Below are positions 10,082-18,413 of a stretch of 64,000 bases of DNA, in pieces (position 1 is the first letter of the stretch; the number at the start of each line of letters is the position of its first letter). The position numbers and the translations under genes are program-made. The notes beneath the pieces were generated by a model. It had not been told where the DNA came from. It made no database searches and saw only the letters and a program-made list of their open reading frames with translations. The DNA is from an uncultured Bacteroidota bacterium (GTDB lineage: Bacteria; Bacteroidota; Bacteroidia; Bacteroidales; UBA12481). The stretch is taken from the NCBI GenBank assembly GCA_942493265.1, contig OW818688.1:1218994-1282993 (forward strand), given 5' to 3'.

Positions 10082-11017
10082 TCATTTCAAACCCCTCATG
10101 ATCAGGATCTTTTGTCGCGTTAACTGAAATTTTTTTATACTTTGTTTTTTTCGATATTTCCGGATTCCCGGTATCCGGTCGCCCATGGAATGGATGATTT
10201 TCAAGTAATGCCTTTTAATCATCCCCAAACTGCTCCGGGGTGAAAGAATATTAGTGCGCAGGGTAAACTGACTGAACTCATAGGCTATACTATTTAACAA
10301 ATCCAACAATAATTTATCCGGATTGTTTTCAATTTCAGACCAATACTTTTTAAGGGCATTGGCCAGGTTGACCTGATTTTTATAGGAATTCCAGACGGTA
10401 GACTGAAATTTCACAACTGTCAGTTTCTCTAAAGGGCTGATCGTACCAAGTTTACGGGCTATGCGGCCAAAATAATCCTGGTCGGGCGTGGTATCCAGCA
10501 AATGGTAATTCTCCTCCCAGAATCCCACCTGATCCATGATCTCTCTTTTCATGAACCAGCTAGATGGGGGAACCACAAAATTTTCAAGGCTGGTACCCTG
10601 ATGGCACTTTCCCCGTACCTGTTCAATTCCGTCCGGGGATAAGAGTATGGTGATGGAATATGTAAAAATCAGCCGGTTGGTTTCAGCATGGGTTAAGAGT
10701 TCTTCCAGATGTTGGGGGAGCCAAAGGTCATCATGTCCTAAAAAGGCAATATACTCCCCTTGCGCCCGCTTCATCCCCTCATTATTAGGGGCCGGCTGGC
10801 TTCCGGAATTTTCAGTCCGGTTATACCAATGAAGCCGGTCGTCATGAAATTCCAGCACCACCTGCTCTGAATCATCTGTACAGGCGTCCCCGATAATCCA
10901 GGCCTCAAAATCCTGAAAGGTTTGGTTGAGCAGACTTTTCAGGGTGTACCCCAGCGTGTGGCTGCTATTATAGGTAGCAATGACCACGGAAATTTTGGGC
11001 GACTGATTATTGTTCAT
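10082..11017 (-). CDS. Family 2 glycosyltransferase
   Basis: ISVVIATYNSSHTLGYTLKSLLNQTFQDFEAWIIGDACTDDS plus a later GHDD motif (FLGHDDLW), typical of the GT2 GT-A fold. Its start overlaps the stop of the upstream gene (11007-11017). Confidence 0.85.
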   Translation of the reverse strand: MNNNQSPKISVVIATYNSSHTLGYTLKSLLNQTFQDFEAWIIGDACTDDSEQVVLEFHDDRLHWYNRTENSGSQPAPNNEGMKRAQGEYIAFLGHDDLWLPQHLEELLTHAETNRLIFTYSITILLSPDGIEQVRGKCHQGTSLENFVVPPSSWFMKREIMDQVGFWEENYHLLDTTPDQDYFGRIARKLGTISPLEKLTVVKFQSTVWNSYKNQVNLANALKKYWSEIENNPDKLLLDLLNSIAYEFSQFTLRTNILSPRSSLGMIKRHYLKIIHSMGDRIPGIRKYRKKQSIKKFQLTRQKILIMRGLK

Positions 11018-11948
11018 GGCTTGCCAATTCTCGGAGCTCCTCTATTTTTAAAACTACCTCATATCCTTCCTGAACGCTGCTTTTCGGAGGATCTCCATGA
11101 CCCTGAATCCAGGTGATAAAAGCCTTTAGTTCTTCCAGGAGCGGCATGGTATTGGCGAAAGATTTAAAGTTGGGATCGGGCTTGATTCTTAGATTTGACG
11201 GATCGGTTTGAAAAATTTCGATCTTCTCATCATAAGAATCGTTCAGCTGAGCCAGACCATTCTCAAAATACAAAATCATTTCCCGTTTATTTCCGGGCGA
11301 CCTTTCACTGATTTCCAGCGACACCCACATCCGGTTATCCGACAGAAAACCGGATAAGCCCTGTATGCCATGCGGTGTTTTATCGAACCGGGCGTATCTG
11401 GCCGGAGGGAGGTATCCGGCTATTTCCAGTACAATGCTTAAGTCGTGCGGAAGGAGAATCCAGGTACAATCCACATCAGTATGCGGTATCCCCCAATTAT
11501 TTCTTGTTAATTTGATACCCAGCAGTTTACCCAGCCGATCCGATTTTGCCATTTCACTCAGGGCAAGAATACCCTGATGGTATCGCCATTTGTGCATCAC
11601 AAACAGGTTTCCGGGAGCCCTGTCAAGCAGGTGCCTGGCATCGCTGGCTTTTACGCACAGCGGTTTTTCAACGTATACCGGAATGTTCCCATAATGATCC
11701 AGAATGCTGTTAATGACTTCGAAATGGGCAATGCTGTTGACCGCCACTATGGCACCGTCGATCACACCTGACTCATCAAATCCGTTGATTAATTGATCAG
11801 CGCCCCCGTCAATTGCATTTTGTTTGCTCTCTTCCGACTGGGTCAGCACAAAAACGGTACAATCCAGGATTTTAAGATCACGCAGGATGAGTTTTCCCCA
11901 ACGGCCGCATCCCACCAGCAATATCCGGGTTTTGTGAGTATTATTCAT
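11007..11948 (-). CDS. Gfo/Idh/MocA-type NAD(P)-dependent oxidoreductase
   Basis: N-terminal Rossmann motif RILLVGCGRWGKLILRDL and EKP motif (VYVEKPL). 8-nt overlap with wzx (11941-11948). Confidence 0.75.
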   Translation of the reverse strand: MNNTHKTRILLVGCGRWGKLILRDLKILDCTVFVLTQSEESKQNAIDGGADQLINGFDESGVIDGAIVAVNSIAHFEVINSILDHYGNIPVYVEKPLCVKASDARHLLDRAPGNLFVMHKWRYHQGILALSEMAKSDRLGKLLGIKLTRNNWGIPHTDVDCTWILLPHDLSIVLEIAGYLPPARYARFDKTPHGIQGLSGFLSDNRMWVSLEISERSPGNKREMILYFENGLAQLNDSYDEKIEIFQTDPSNLRIKPDPNFKSFANTMPLLEELKAFITWIQGHGDPPKSSVQEGYEVVLKIEELRELASHEQ

Positions 11949-13398
11949 GGGAATCTCGTATTTGCTTCAGTTTCTCTTTTGCTATGGTTTTCAGATAGAT
12001 ATAGTCACGCTGCCTGATCAGCTCCCCGAGGGTAATCACCACCAGAAATCCACTGAACACCTGGATGATTAACACCTGATAAGGCAGGAACGGAATCCAT
12101 CTCCCTTCAAAATACAGGAAAGAGGCAGTAACCAATGCCAGTATAAAGGAGGATGAAATATCTTTCAGCTGGGCAAGAAAAGAATAGTTGATAAATTTAC
12201 CAAACCCTTTGGTATTGATGTACAGGGAGAAGATATTGTATAGGATCAAAGCAACCAGCATCTCCTTAATGCCAATAAATATACCGGCCAGAATAACGGG
12301 TATCGCCCATATTTTCTTCAGCACCTCCAGACGCAGGAGCAGATCACTTCGTCCGAGTACCTTAAAAACATTCAAATTGATGGCCAGCAAGGGATATAGC
12401 ATTCCCGACAGGCATAATAGCTGTATGTAAACAATGCTTCCTTCCCATTTTGCGCCGATCAGGGCAAGTACCATCGGTTTGGCAATTGCTGCCAGGCCCA
12501 GCATAAGGGGAAATGAAAAAAACATGGTGCTGCGAATGATCCGCTGATAGGCCTCTTTTAACCTGGGAATATCATCCTGAAGCCGCGATAATACCGGGTA
12601 GGTAACCCGTGCGATACTGGTTTGAAGCGTGGTGGAGGGCAGAGAACTGAATCCCTGGGCTTTGGAATAAAATCCCAATTCGGCAGTTGAATAGAATTTT
12701 CCGATAATCATGAGATAGGCGCTTGAGAAAACCGTGTCGATTAAACCACTGAGGAACAGCTTACTGCCAAATGAATAATGTTCGCGAAGGGTCCTCCTGC
12801 TGAAATGTCCGAAGGGCTTCCACGAACCCCGGATCAACAATAAAACCGTAGTCAGAAATTGTTGGGCAATCGATAAAACCACCAGACTCCATACTCCAAC
12901 TCCCCTGATGGCTAAATAAACAGCCAGCGAACCTGAAACCAGGGAGGATATTACTGAAATCACGGTCAATTGTTTGAAATCGACCTCTTTCTTCAAACGG
13001 GTTATCGGGATTATTCCCAAAGAGCTGATTATCAATCCTAAGCCCAGTATACGAAGAATTAAATTTAGTTTTGGTTCGTCAAAAAAGAGGGAAATCCAGG
13101 GTGCCCCCACAAATAGCATGGCATAAAATGCCAGGCTGACTGCCAGATTGAAATAGAATACCGTAGAATAATCCCCGGAAGAACAGTTCTGTTTTCTGAT
13201 CAGGGCCTGGCTCATGCCGCTGTCGATAAATGCCAGGGAGATATTGATAAATATGACGGTCATTCCGATTAAACCGAATTCATCCGGACTCAGAATCCGG
13301 GCCAGAATGATTCCCGTCAGGAACCTGATCAAAAATCCGGACAGGCTTTCGACAAAACTCCAAATAAGACCGGTTACTGTTTTTTGCACCAGCGACAT
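11941..13398 (-). CDS. wzx: Polysaccharide flippase (Wzx / MOP superfamily)
   Basis: 485 aa with ~12-14 hydrophobic helices. The N-terminus (KTVTGLIWSFVESLSGFLIRFLTGIILARILSPDEFGL) is typical of oligosaccharide flippases. Confidence 0.8.
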   Translation of the reverse strand: MSLVQKTVTGLIWSFVESLSGFLIRFLTGIILARILSPDEFGLIGMTVIFINISLAFIDSGMSQALIRKQNCSSGDYSTVFYFNLAVSLAFYAMLFVGAPWISLFFDEPKLNLILRILGLGLIISSLGIIPITRLKKEVDFKQLTVISVISSLVSGSLAVYLAIRGVGVWSLVVLSIAQQFLTTVLLLIRGSWKPFGHFSRRTLREHYSFGSKLFLSGLIDTVFSSAYLMIIGKFYSTAELGFYSKAQGFSSLPSTTLQTSIARVTYPVLSRLQDDIPRLKEAYQRIIRSTMFFSFPLMLGLAAIAKPMVLALIGAKWEGSIVYIQLLCLSGMLYPLLAINLNVFKVLGRSDLLLRLEVLKKIWAIPVILAGIFIGIKEMLVALILYNIFSLYINTKGFGKFINYSFLAQLKDISSSFILALVTASFLYFEGRWIPFLPYQVLIIQVFSGFLVVITLGELIRQRDYIYLKTIAKEKLKQIRDSHE

Positions 13399-13520
13399 CG
13401 TCTGATTTTCCCCATGTTTAGAAGCTCAATATAGGAATAAATTTTTCTTTGGATTTTTACAGACGAAAGGTCAGGATTCGTGCATTGGGCAAGTACCGAA
13501 GAATAGTAATAAATTCTGAA

Positions 13521-13566
13521 TTTCGGCAGTTGAGTGCCGGTATTTATATAATTTCCGGCAGTTGAG
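13521..13566. repeat. Two direct repeats, TTTC(C)GGCAGTTGAG, 32 bp apart, abutting the truncated ATPase remnant
   Basis: GGCAGTTGAG occurs at 13525-13534 and 13557-13566. The second copy overlaps the 5' edge of the remnant reading frame. Confidence 0.6.
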
Positions 13567-13704
13567 GCCAATTTTTGGCGTACCTATGATCAAAAGGAGA
13601 TCGACCTGATTGAGGAATCGATGGGTACGATTGCAGCATATGAGTTCAAGTGGGGCACCAAAGTTGCCGGGCCTCCCCGGGGCAGTCAGGCCGATAATTG
13701 CTAA
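13552..13704 (+). pseudogene. C-terminal ~50-aa remnant of an AAA+/DUF4143-type ATPase (PD-(D/E)xK-like tail)
   Basis: The in-frame translation after a TAA is FPAVEANFWRTYDQKEIDLIEESMGTIAAYEFKWGTKVAGPPRGSQADNC*. This matches the ...W(R/T)...EIDxI...(E)FKW tail of this ATPase family. There is no start codon and no ATPase domain. Confidence 0.6.
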
Positions 13705-13778
13705 ATTGCCGCGTTTAACCGGCTAATCCGGATATCGTGCGGTTGAGTCAATGAATGCAAATCAGAATAGTTAAAATA

Positions 13779-16013
13779 ATGAAGATTCTTTCAAAAGTAC
13801 CCCTGCTTGCCTTACTCAGTGTGCTGGCTTCTTGCAATCCCAAACCCCTTGATCTTACCCGTTATGTTGACCCGTTTATCGGCACGGGCGACCATGGTCA
13901 CGTTTTTATCGGGGCAAATGTTCCCTACGGAGCCGTTCAGCTGGGTCCCACGCAGCTTACCGAGGGCTGGGACTGGAGTTCGGGTTACCATTACAGCGAT
14001 TCAACGATTATCGGATTTGCTCATACCCATCTGGGCGGAGCAGGCAGTGCCGATCTTGGCGATATCCTGCTGATGCCATCAATTGGAGAGGTGAAACTCA
14101 CGCGTGGTAATTTAAGTGATTCATCTTCAGGTATCTATTCGAAGTTTTCGCATGCTAATGAAATGGCAAGGGCCGGATATTACAAAGTGCATCTGAACCG
14201 GTTTAATATCGATGCGGAACTGACCGCAACCACCCGGGTGGGATTTCACAAATACACTTTTCCGGAATCTTCCGAAGCCCGCATCATCATCGACCTGGAA
14301 CACGGGCTAGAGGATTATCCCACGGAAACCCATGTGGTTCTGGAGGATGATTCAACCATTTCGGGCTTTCGCACCTCAAGCGGATGGGCCGAAAATCATA
14401 CGATGTACTTTACGGCGCGCTTTTCAAAACCCATGACCGCTTTTACCGTGTCGGATGCCCGGGTGGCGGGACCGAAGGATTCGCTGGTGATGCCTGAAGC
14501 TTATGGCGTGGTTCATTTTAAAACCACAGATCGGGAATCCATATTGGTTAAGGTAGCTCTCTCGCCGGTGAGTATCGAAAATGCCAGGATGAACCTGAAG
14601 ACTGAACTTCCCGGCTGGGATTTTAACGGTACCTGTGAAAAGGCTGATCAGGCCTGGAACCAGGCGCTGAATAAAATCAGGATAACCTCGCCGGATGAAC
14701 ATATCCTGCGAACTTTCTACACGGCATTCTATCATACCATGGTGGCGCCATCGGTGTATTGCGATGTGAACGGGGACTATTTCGGAACCGACCGTAAAGT
14801 GCACGCCAACAATGATTTCGTAAATTATTCGACCTTTTCGCTGTGGGATACCTACCGTGCCGCACATCCGCTGATGAACCTGGTACATCCCGAAATGGTG
14901 CCCGACATAGCCAATACCATGATCCACATCTTTAAGGAGCAGGGAAAGCTTCCGGTTTGGCACATGATGTCGAATGAAACCAATGCCATGGTGGGAAATC
15001 CGGGTGCGGTGGTGCTGGCCGACATTGTTCTGAAAGAATTTGATATTGATGAAAAGGCTGCTTATGAGGCGATGAAAACCTCGGCCATGCTCGATGAACG
15101 GGGATTGAAATGGTATAAGCAGTACGGATATATTCCTTATAACCTGGAGTACTCATCGGTGGCGAAGGCGCTGGAATACGGGCTGGCCGACTGGTCGATT
15201 GCCCAGGTGGCGAAAAAGGTTGGCGCGGAAGCCGACTATACCTATTTTATGAACAGGAGTCAGGCTTACCGGTATTATTTCGATCCGGAAACCCGGCTGT
15301 TGCGGCCAAAGGATTCGGCAGGGATTTTTCGCACGCCATTCAATCCGATCGGACTCGCGGATTACCGGGAAGGCAATGCCTGGCAATATACGTGGCTGGT
15401 GCCCCATGATGTGAACGGACTGATCTCCCTGTTCGGTTCGGAGGAGGCCTTTATCGCCCGTCTGGATTCCCTCTTTCTGGTGAAAGGGGAGTTGAAAAAT
15501 GCACTGGATGTTACCGGACTGATCGGCCAGTATGCCCATGGGAACGAGCCCAGTCATCATATTCTGTATCTGTACAATTATGTGGGACAGCCCTGGAAAA
15601 CAGCCGAAAAAGTAAGGGAAGTGATGTCCACGCTTTACAGCGATCAACCGGCAGGGTTGGCCGGGAATGAGGATGTGGGACAGATGTCGGCCTGGTATAT
15701 TTTCTCTGCCCTCGGGATGTATCCGGTGGTCCCGGCCGGCGGGGATTTCGTGTTCGGCAGTCCGATAGTGGATCATGCCGTCATTGAATTGGCTGATAAC
15801 AGGAAGCTTACGATTTCTGTTAAGAATAATAGCCCGGTTAATAAATACATCTTGAGCGTCAGGCTGAACGGTAAGGAATTCTCCCGGTCATCGATCAGTT
15901 TTCAGGATATCATGGCCGGCGGAACACTGGAGTTTGAAATGGGGGCAAAACCTTCGCCAACCTTTGGAGTAGCTCCTCCGGACCGGCCCGCTTCTAAAAT
16001 GGGTCAGCAATAG
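13779..16013 (+). CDS. GH92 alpha-mannosidase (lipoprotein)
   Basis: LTRYVDPFIGTGDHGHVFIGANVPYGAVQLGPTQ and ...QYAHGNEPSHHILYLYNYVGQPWKTAEKV... are hallmark GH92 blocks. Lipobox LLSVLASC. The ORF opens at 13755, but the signal peptide favours the MKILSK start at 13779. Confidence 0.9.
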   Translation: MKILSKVPLLALLSVLASCNPKPLDLTRYVDPFIGTGDHGHVFIGANVPYGAVQLGPTQLTEGWDWSSGYHYSDSTIIGFAHTHLGGAGSADLGDILLMPSIGEVKLTRGNLSDSSSGIYSKFSHANEMARAGYYKVHLNRFNIDAELTATTRVGFHKYTFPESSEARIIIDLEHGLEDYPTETHVVLEDDSTISGFRTSSGWAENHTMYFTARFSKPMTAFTVSDARVAGPKDSLVMPEAYGVVHFKTTDRESILVKVALSPVSIENARMNLKTELPGWDFNGTCEKADQAWNQALNKIRITSPDEHILRTFYTAFYHTMVAPSVYCDVNGDYFGTDRKVHANNDFVNYSTFSLWDTYRAAHPLMNLVHPEMVPDIANTMIHIFKEQGKLPVWHMMSNETNAMVGNPGAVVLADIVLKEFDIDEKAAYEAMKTSAMLDERGLKWYKQYGYIPYNLEYSSVAKALEYGLADWSIAQVAKKVGAEADYTYFMNRSQAYRYYFDPETRLLRPKDSAGIFRTPFNPIGLADYREGNAWQYTWLVPHDVNGLISLFGSEEAFIARLDSLFLVKGELKNALDVTGLIGQYAHGNEPSHHILYLYNYVGQPWKTAEKVREVMSTLYSDQPAGLAGNEDVGQMSAWYIFSALGMYPVVPAGGDFVFGSPIVDHAVIELADNRKLTISVKNNSPVNKYILSVRLNGKEFSRSSISFQDIMAGGTLEFEMGAKPSPTFGVAPPDRPASKMGQQ

Positions 16014-16778
16014 TTAACGCACCACCCCTTTTCCCAGCCGCACGATGCGCAATCTGGAATTGACCATTCGAATGGAGTAGGGTAGAATCAAGGTTTCATC
16101 AACATACAGTATATCAAGTTTGTGGCAGTACTTTATGGTTTCAGGTATCCGTACCAGGGTGCCGCAATAGGCGGCGTTCAGGGTTGTCAGGTTCGACAGG
16201 TTACCGATTTCATCCGGGATTTCCACGAGGCTGTTTTTGCCGATGGTAAAAAACCTCAGACCCGATAAATTTCCGATTTCTTTGGGCAGCGTAACCAGGT
16301 CATTGTTATTGACAGATAGATTTTCGAGCTTCTTGAGGTTGCCAATGCTGGAAGGCAGAGATACCAGATCGTTATATTCCAGATACAATTCCTTGAGCTG
16401 GTGTAGATTGCCTATCTCGGCAGGCAATTTCCTCAGCCGGTTATTCTTAAACGAGATTTTTTTCAGATTGGTCAACTGTCCGATAGAGGCGGGGATGCTC
16501 GATAATTGGTTGCTGCTGACCACCAGGTTTTCCAGTTTTTTCAGATTTCCTATCTCATCGGGGAGTTTTTGCAGCTTGTTCCGGAACAGATAGAGGGTTT
16601 TCAGATTGGTGAGCGTGCCGATTTCCTTAGGCAGACTATCGAGCCGCACATTCTGGATTTTCAGCGTGGTTACGCTTTCCGGATCGGCTAATGCCTCAGC
16701 CAATGGATTGTAGGTGGAGCATGCGGTTAACAGGATGCTAACGGTAAACAACAGTCCGATAGGCGCAGCTCGTCTCAT
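16014..16778 (-). CDS. Leucine-rich-repeat lipoprotein
   Basis: About 8 tandem 23-aa LRRs (LxxLPxEIGNLxxLxxLxLxxNx). Likely start is MRRAAPIGLLFTVSILLTAC (lipobox); the ORF opens at 16826. Confidence 0.85.
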   Translation of the reverse strand: MRRAAPIGLLFTVSILLTACSTYNPLAEALADPESVTTLKIQNVRLDSLPKEIGTLTNLKTLYLFRNKLQKLPDEIGNLKKLENLVVSSNQLSSIPASIGQLTNLKKISFKNNRLRKLPAEIGNLHQLKELYLEYNDLVSLPSSIGNLKKLENLSVNNNDLVTLPKEIGNLSGLRFFTIGKNSLVEIPDEIGNLSNLTTLNAAYCGTLVRIPETIKYCHKLDILYVDETLILPYSIRMVNSRLRIVRLGKGVVR

Positions 16779-16872
16779 TACTTTTTCCGCATCTGGTAAT
16801 TTACAAATAATTTCCGGGTAATTCAACCGTCGTACCGCACCTCTTCCCTCCTCATTTTGCTGAACAGTAACC

Positions 16873-18234
16873 TTAAAACTTCATTTCGCCGATTAAGCCC
16901 GCAAAATACATCGGGAGCGACAGAAGTGAATAATCGATGATGGTGGTTTCATTATTTACACTGACAGATGCCTGCAAATGGGTGCCATAATTCGGGAGAT
17001 CGAGATTAAATCGAATGCCATTCTGTTTATGGTTGGTTCCCAAATAGACCTGCATGGATTTCAGAGTTCCTGTTTTACCGGCCTTTACTTCGACAGGGTA
17101 TATTTCATTGCCTTTTTGTAGGAGATAGTCAATCTCAGCATTTGAATTCTTTGCTTCACGCATCCAATAGTAGAGTTTTGTTTCCCTGAAAAACGGCGAA
17201 GATGCAATTAATTCCTGACCAACAAATTGCTCGGCCAGCGCCCCTTCAAAATCGGTGGCCAGATTTTTAATATCAATCAATCGTATCTGTGCCAGGTGAT
17301 TGGCAAGACCTATGTCAAAAAAAACAGGTTTAAAAGTATCGTTGTCAATATATTGAGTGATCGGCGGATTCACTGATTTTGTCTTTCGCACCAGATGGAT
17401 CACCCTGCTCATTTCCAGTTTCAGCAGTGCCTGCTTGAGCTGGGATGAGTGGACGTTTTGATCGATATTGACATATTTAACTTTTCGACCAATATTGTTG
17501 GCAACATAATGCAATGACGATTGCAGAAAATCCTGTTCCCTCCGGGTTCCATATTTTGAAAAATCATATTGCAGGGAGGTGAGGATATTGGAATGGACCT
17601 TTTCAACCTCGATGAGATTGCCGGTTTCAATATAGGTTTTTACAGCTTCCGGCATTCCGCCAATGAAAAAGTACAATCGTAAAATTTCCGATACTTTCGC
17701 GTGAATCGCTGAGCTGAAATCCTTTCCGGGCACGAAATCATGCAGGTATTGGCATAGCCCTGTTTCTCCGATTGCCGTGCAAAACTCCATAAAATTGAGT
17801 GGATACAGGTACGCGTATTCAACCCGTCCGATGGGCATCGAATAGCGCAATTCGTTGAGAGTGTGATCGAGTAGTGATCCGGCTGCAATGACATGCAGAT
17901 CCGGAATTTGTTCGTAGAAATACCGGAGAGATGCAATTGCTGTCGGGGAAGCTTGAATTTCATCAATGAAGAGCAGGGTTTTTCCGGCCAACAGCGGAAT
18001 ATTATACAGACTGGTCAATTCATTGATGATCGTGACCGGATTATTGCTTTCAAAAACCGATTGTAGATTTCGGTCCTGCTCAAGATTAACATGCAAATAG
18101 TATTCAAAATGGTTCTTGCCAAACTCATTGACAATAAATGTTTTGCCAACTTGCCTTGCCCCTCTTAAAATCAATGGTTTTCGCCTTGGGCTATCCTTCC
18201 AGGTTTTCAGGTATTCTTCTATTGATCGTTTCAT
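16873..18234 (-). CDS. AAA+ ATPase with C-terminal PD-(D/E)xK-like domain (COG1373 / DUF4143 type), paralog 1
   Basis: Walker A LRGARQVGKT, Walker B LLFIDEIQ, C-terminal AEIDYLL...PVEVKAG (D...ExK). The start at 18234 (MKRSIEEYL) is preferred because a TATCTTTG -7 box (complement of 18256-18263) lies downstream of the 18258 ATG. Confidence 0.85.
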   Translation of the reverse strand: MKRSIEEYLKTWKDSPRRKPLILRGARQVGKTFIVNEFGKNHFEYYLHVNLEQDRNLQSVFESNNPVTIINELTSLYNIPLLAGKTLLFIDEIQASPTAIASLRYFYEQIPDLHVIAAGSLLDHTLNELRYSMPIGRVEYAYLYPLNFMEFCTAIGETGLCQYLHDFVPGKDFSSAIHAKVSEILRLYFFIGGMPEAVKTYIETGNLIEVEKVHSNILTSLQYDFSKYGTRREQDFLQSSLHYVANNIGRKVKYVNIDQNVHSSQLKQALLKLEMSRVIHLVRKTKSVNPPITQYIDNDTFKPVFFDIGLANHLAQIRLIDIKNLATDFEGALAEQFVGQELIASSPFFRETKLYYWMREAKNSNAEIDYLLQKGNEIYPVEVKAGKTGTLKSMQVYLGTNHKQNGIRFNLDLPNYGTHLQASVSVNNETTIIDYSLLSLPMYFAGLIGEMKF

Positions 18235-18287
18235 TTGAATTCTATAATGCCTGATCAAAGATACACTTAATTCCTAAAATGAATTAC

Positions 18288-18365
18288 AACACTATTGGAA
18301 AATAGCATGTAGATGTCAAAAACACTATTGGATTTCGGTAAGATATGGCCGGAAACACTATTGGA
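18288..18365 (-). promoter_or_regulatory. Three exact AACACTATTGGA direct repeats at 33-bp phasing upstream of ATPase paralog 1
   Basis: Exact 12-mers at 18288-18299, 18321-18332 and 18354-18365. They lie 54-131 nt upstream of the 18234 start, adjacent to and upstream of the promoter. Confidence 0.7.
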
Positions 18366-18413
18366 ATTTAGAAATATTGAAATCTGATGAATATCTTACG
18401 TATTGATAGTTAA

